From: an uncultured Verrucomicrobiales bacterium
GTDB lineage: Bacteria > Verrucomicrobiota > Verrucomicrobiia > Verrucomicrobiales > DEV007
DNA: 29,525 nt
Assembly: GCA_938091905.1 (NCBI GenBank)
Contig: CALKOM010000082.1
Location: 1-29,525, forward strand
Reading direction: 5' to 3'
The position numbers were made by a program, and so were the translations under genes. Positions 28,421-29,525 of the stretch are shown here, one piece after another. The first letter of the stretch is position 1. Every line of letters starts with the position of its first letter. Under the pieces are notes generated by a model that ran no database searches, was not told the origin of the DNA, and was given only the letters and a program-made list of their open reading frames with translations.

Positions 28421-28598
28421 GTTCGAAGATGTGAGAACTGCTCAAGACCATCACCGGAGACTGAGGGATGGGCGTGGAACAGAAGGCACCACGAATCTCT
28501 CCGCGCTTTCCACTGATGGTCTGAGTTCCGCAACAAATTGTTGCCCAATCTCTCCAAAGACCGCCCGGAGGAGAAATCAGAAATCCGCCGCGCATTGT

Positions 28599-28659
28599 CC
28601 AGTCTTGAAAACGGGCATACCGAAAGGTATCGCGGGTTCGATTCCCGCCCTCGCCTCCA
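28599..28659 (+). pseudogene. 3' part of tRNA-Ser(TGA), att-like duplicate
   Basis: CCAGT-CTTGAAA-ACGGG, variable arm ATACC-GAAA-GGTAT, T arm GCGGG-TTCGATT-CCCGC, ends in CCA. No D arm or matching 5' acceptor strand upstream. Confidence 0.82.
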
Positions 28660-28720
28660 TTTCCGCAACGCGCTTAAAATAAGCGACTTACGCAACCTCG
28701 GGAAGCTCACGAGTGCCCTT

Positions 28721-28739
28721 TGTGTCACAAACTGTGTCA
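28721..28739. repeat. TGTGTCA direct repeat (12-bp period), putative arm-type sites
   Basis: TGTGTCAcaaacTGTGTCA, about 60 bp downstream of the tRNA-Ser fragment. Confidence 0.5.
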
Positions 28740-29125
28740 TGTTTCCGCCACAGTCCGCCCTTGTCCAGACACGTGTTTGTTGGCGCTTTACAAACATCCT
28801 AGCTCTTGTCCATTGCCTAAGCGGCTGACCTCAATGGTCCCGAGGGAGGATACGGAACGGGTTCGTCGCCAGTGTGTACAATGGACAAGAAGCAGGTCAC
28901 CGAAACGAGCTTACCAGCCATTATCGGCGCGCTCCCAAATCGGATGCGAACCACCAAATTTGGGAAGAGGTCTACTTCACCAAAGGCCTCACCATGGGAA
29001 TGGGTTGGCATTCTCTGAGGAGTTCGCGCTCTACAACGACTCCAGCGTCACGCTCTTCTACATGGAAATCTAACCCTGCAAAAAAAGGTTTACTCTCAGC
29101 CAGTGCGCCGCCCACAAATACAAGA

Positions 29126-29422
29126 ATGCACGCACCGCTCCATCCAAGAGCCCGTAAACTGTTTGAAACCGGCCTGTATTCTGGCATTTCCTCCTTCGGC
29201 GAACTCGAAGACCGAATTTCTGGTCTCCTTGAGAACAAGACGAAGGGTGACGCCTTCGAAGTCTTCGCGGAAGCCTATCTGGTCACGCAGCGAAAGCATG
29301 ACGCGGACACGGTTTGGCCACACGATGCAATCTCATCGGAGCTACTACGGGAGCTAGGATTAACCGAACTAGACTATGGCGTAGACGGCCTGTCTGGGGA
29401 CGAAAACGGCTCGAAAATGTAA
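29126..29422 (+). pseudogene. N-terminal fragment of a restriction-endonuclease-like (Mrr/PD-(D/E)xK) nuclease-helicase
   Basis: KTKGDAFEVFAEAYL...VWP...DYGVDG matches the start of Mrr-like domains seen on Res/DEAD helicases. The frame ends about 10 codons later without the expected QxK motif. Confidence 0.65.
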
Positions 29423-29525
29423 TACTATTGGCCGTAGTCTTACCTCTGCAATGTTTCCAGCCGTTCCCAAATTGGGCACTTTTTACACTTTGCACGTTTT
29501 GGAAAGAGTTGAACCGCTTCAGCCG

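Noticed and set aside
28599..28659. selC (tRNA-Sec)
   Set aside because: The anticodon reads TGA (Ser), not TCA, and the gene is incomplete.
27916..28797. 293-aa minus-strand ORF
   Set aside because: Antisense to the hydrolase and runs through the tRNA-Ser fragment.

Overview
Bacterial chromosome segment. The gene styles suggest Verrucomicrobiota, which is an inference. It has three parts. (1) Bases 1-4512 are the decayed right end of an integrative element. They hold a REP/MITE-like hairpin, an IS4-like remnant, an IS30 with a nonsense-interrupted transposase, a small operon (frameshifted PRTase-fold gene, frameshifted unknown gene, intact Zn-ribbon gene) and a nonsense-interrupted tyrosine integrase. 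The element ends at a tRNA(CAT) 3'-half att duplicate at 4466-4512. (2) Bases 4527-27244 are intact backbone: a secreted hypothetical, ndk, a large atypical AAA+ ATPase, a membrane-anchored coiled-coil protein with six copies of an unrecognised LPGxGxSxW motif, a serine hydrolase, a Gfo/Idh/MocA oxidoreductase, hflC/hflK, an AGCS symporter, a UvrD/PcrA helicase, an ABC exporter, a hypothetical, a metzincin protease, an MFS transporter, ygfZ, a cyclophilin and tRNA-Tyr. (3) Bases 27245-29525 are a second accessory zone with att-arm-like motifs, an alpha/beta hydrolase, an orphan tRNA-Ser 3'-half and a truncated restriction-nuclease-like gene. The best candidates for something undescribed are the LPGxGxSxW repeat/coiled-coil protein with its divergent ATPase, and the island PRTase operon. 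All calls come from reading the sequence; no searches were run.
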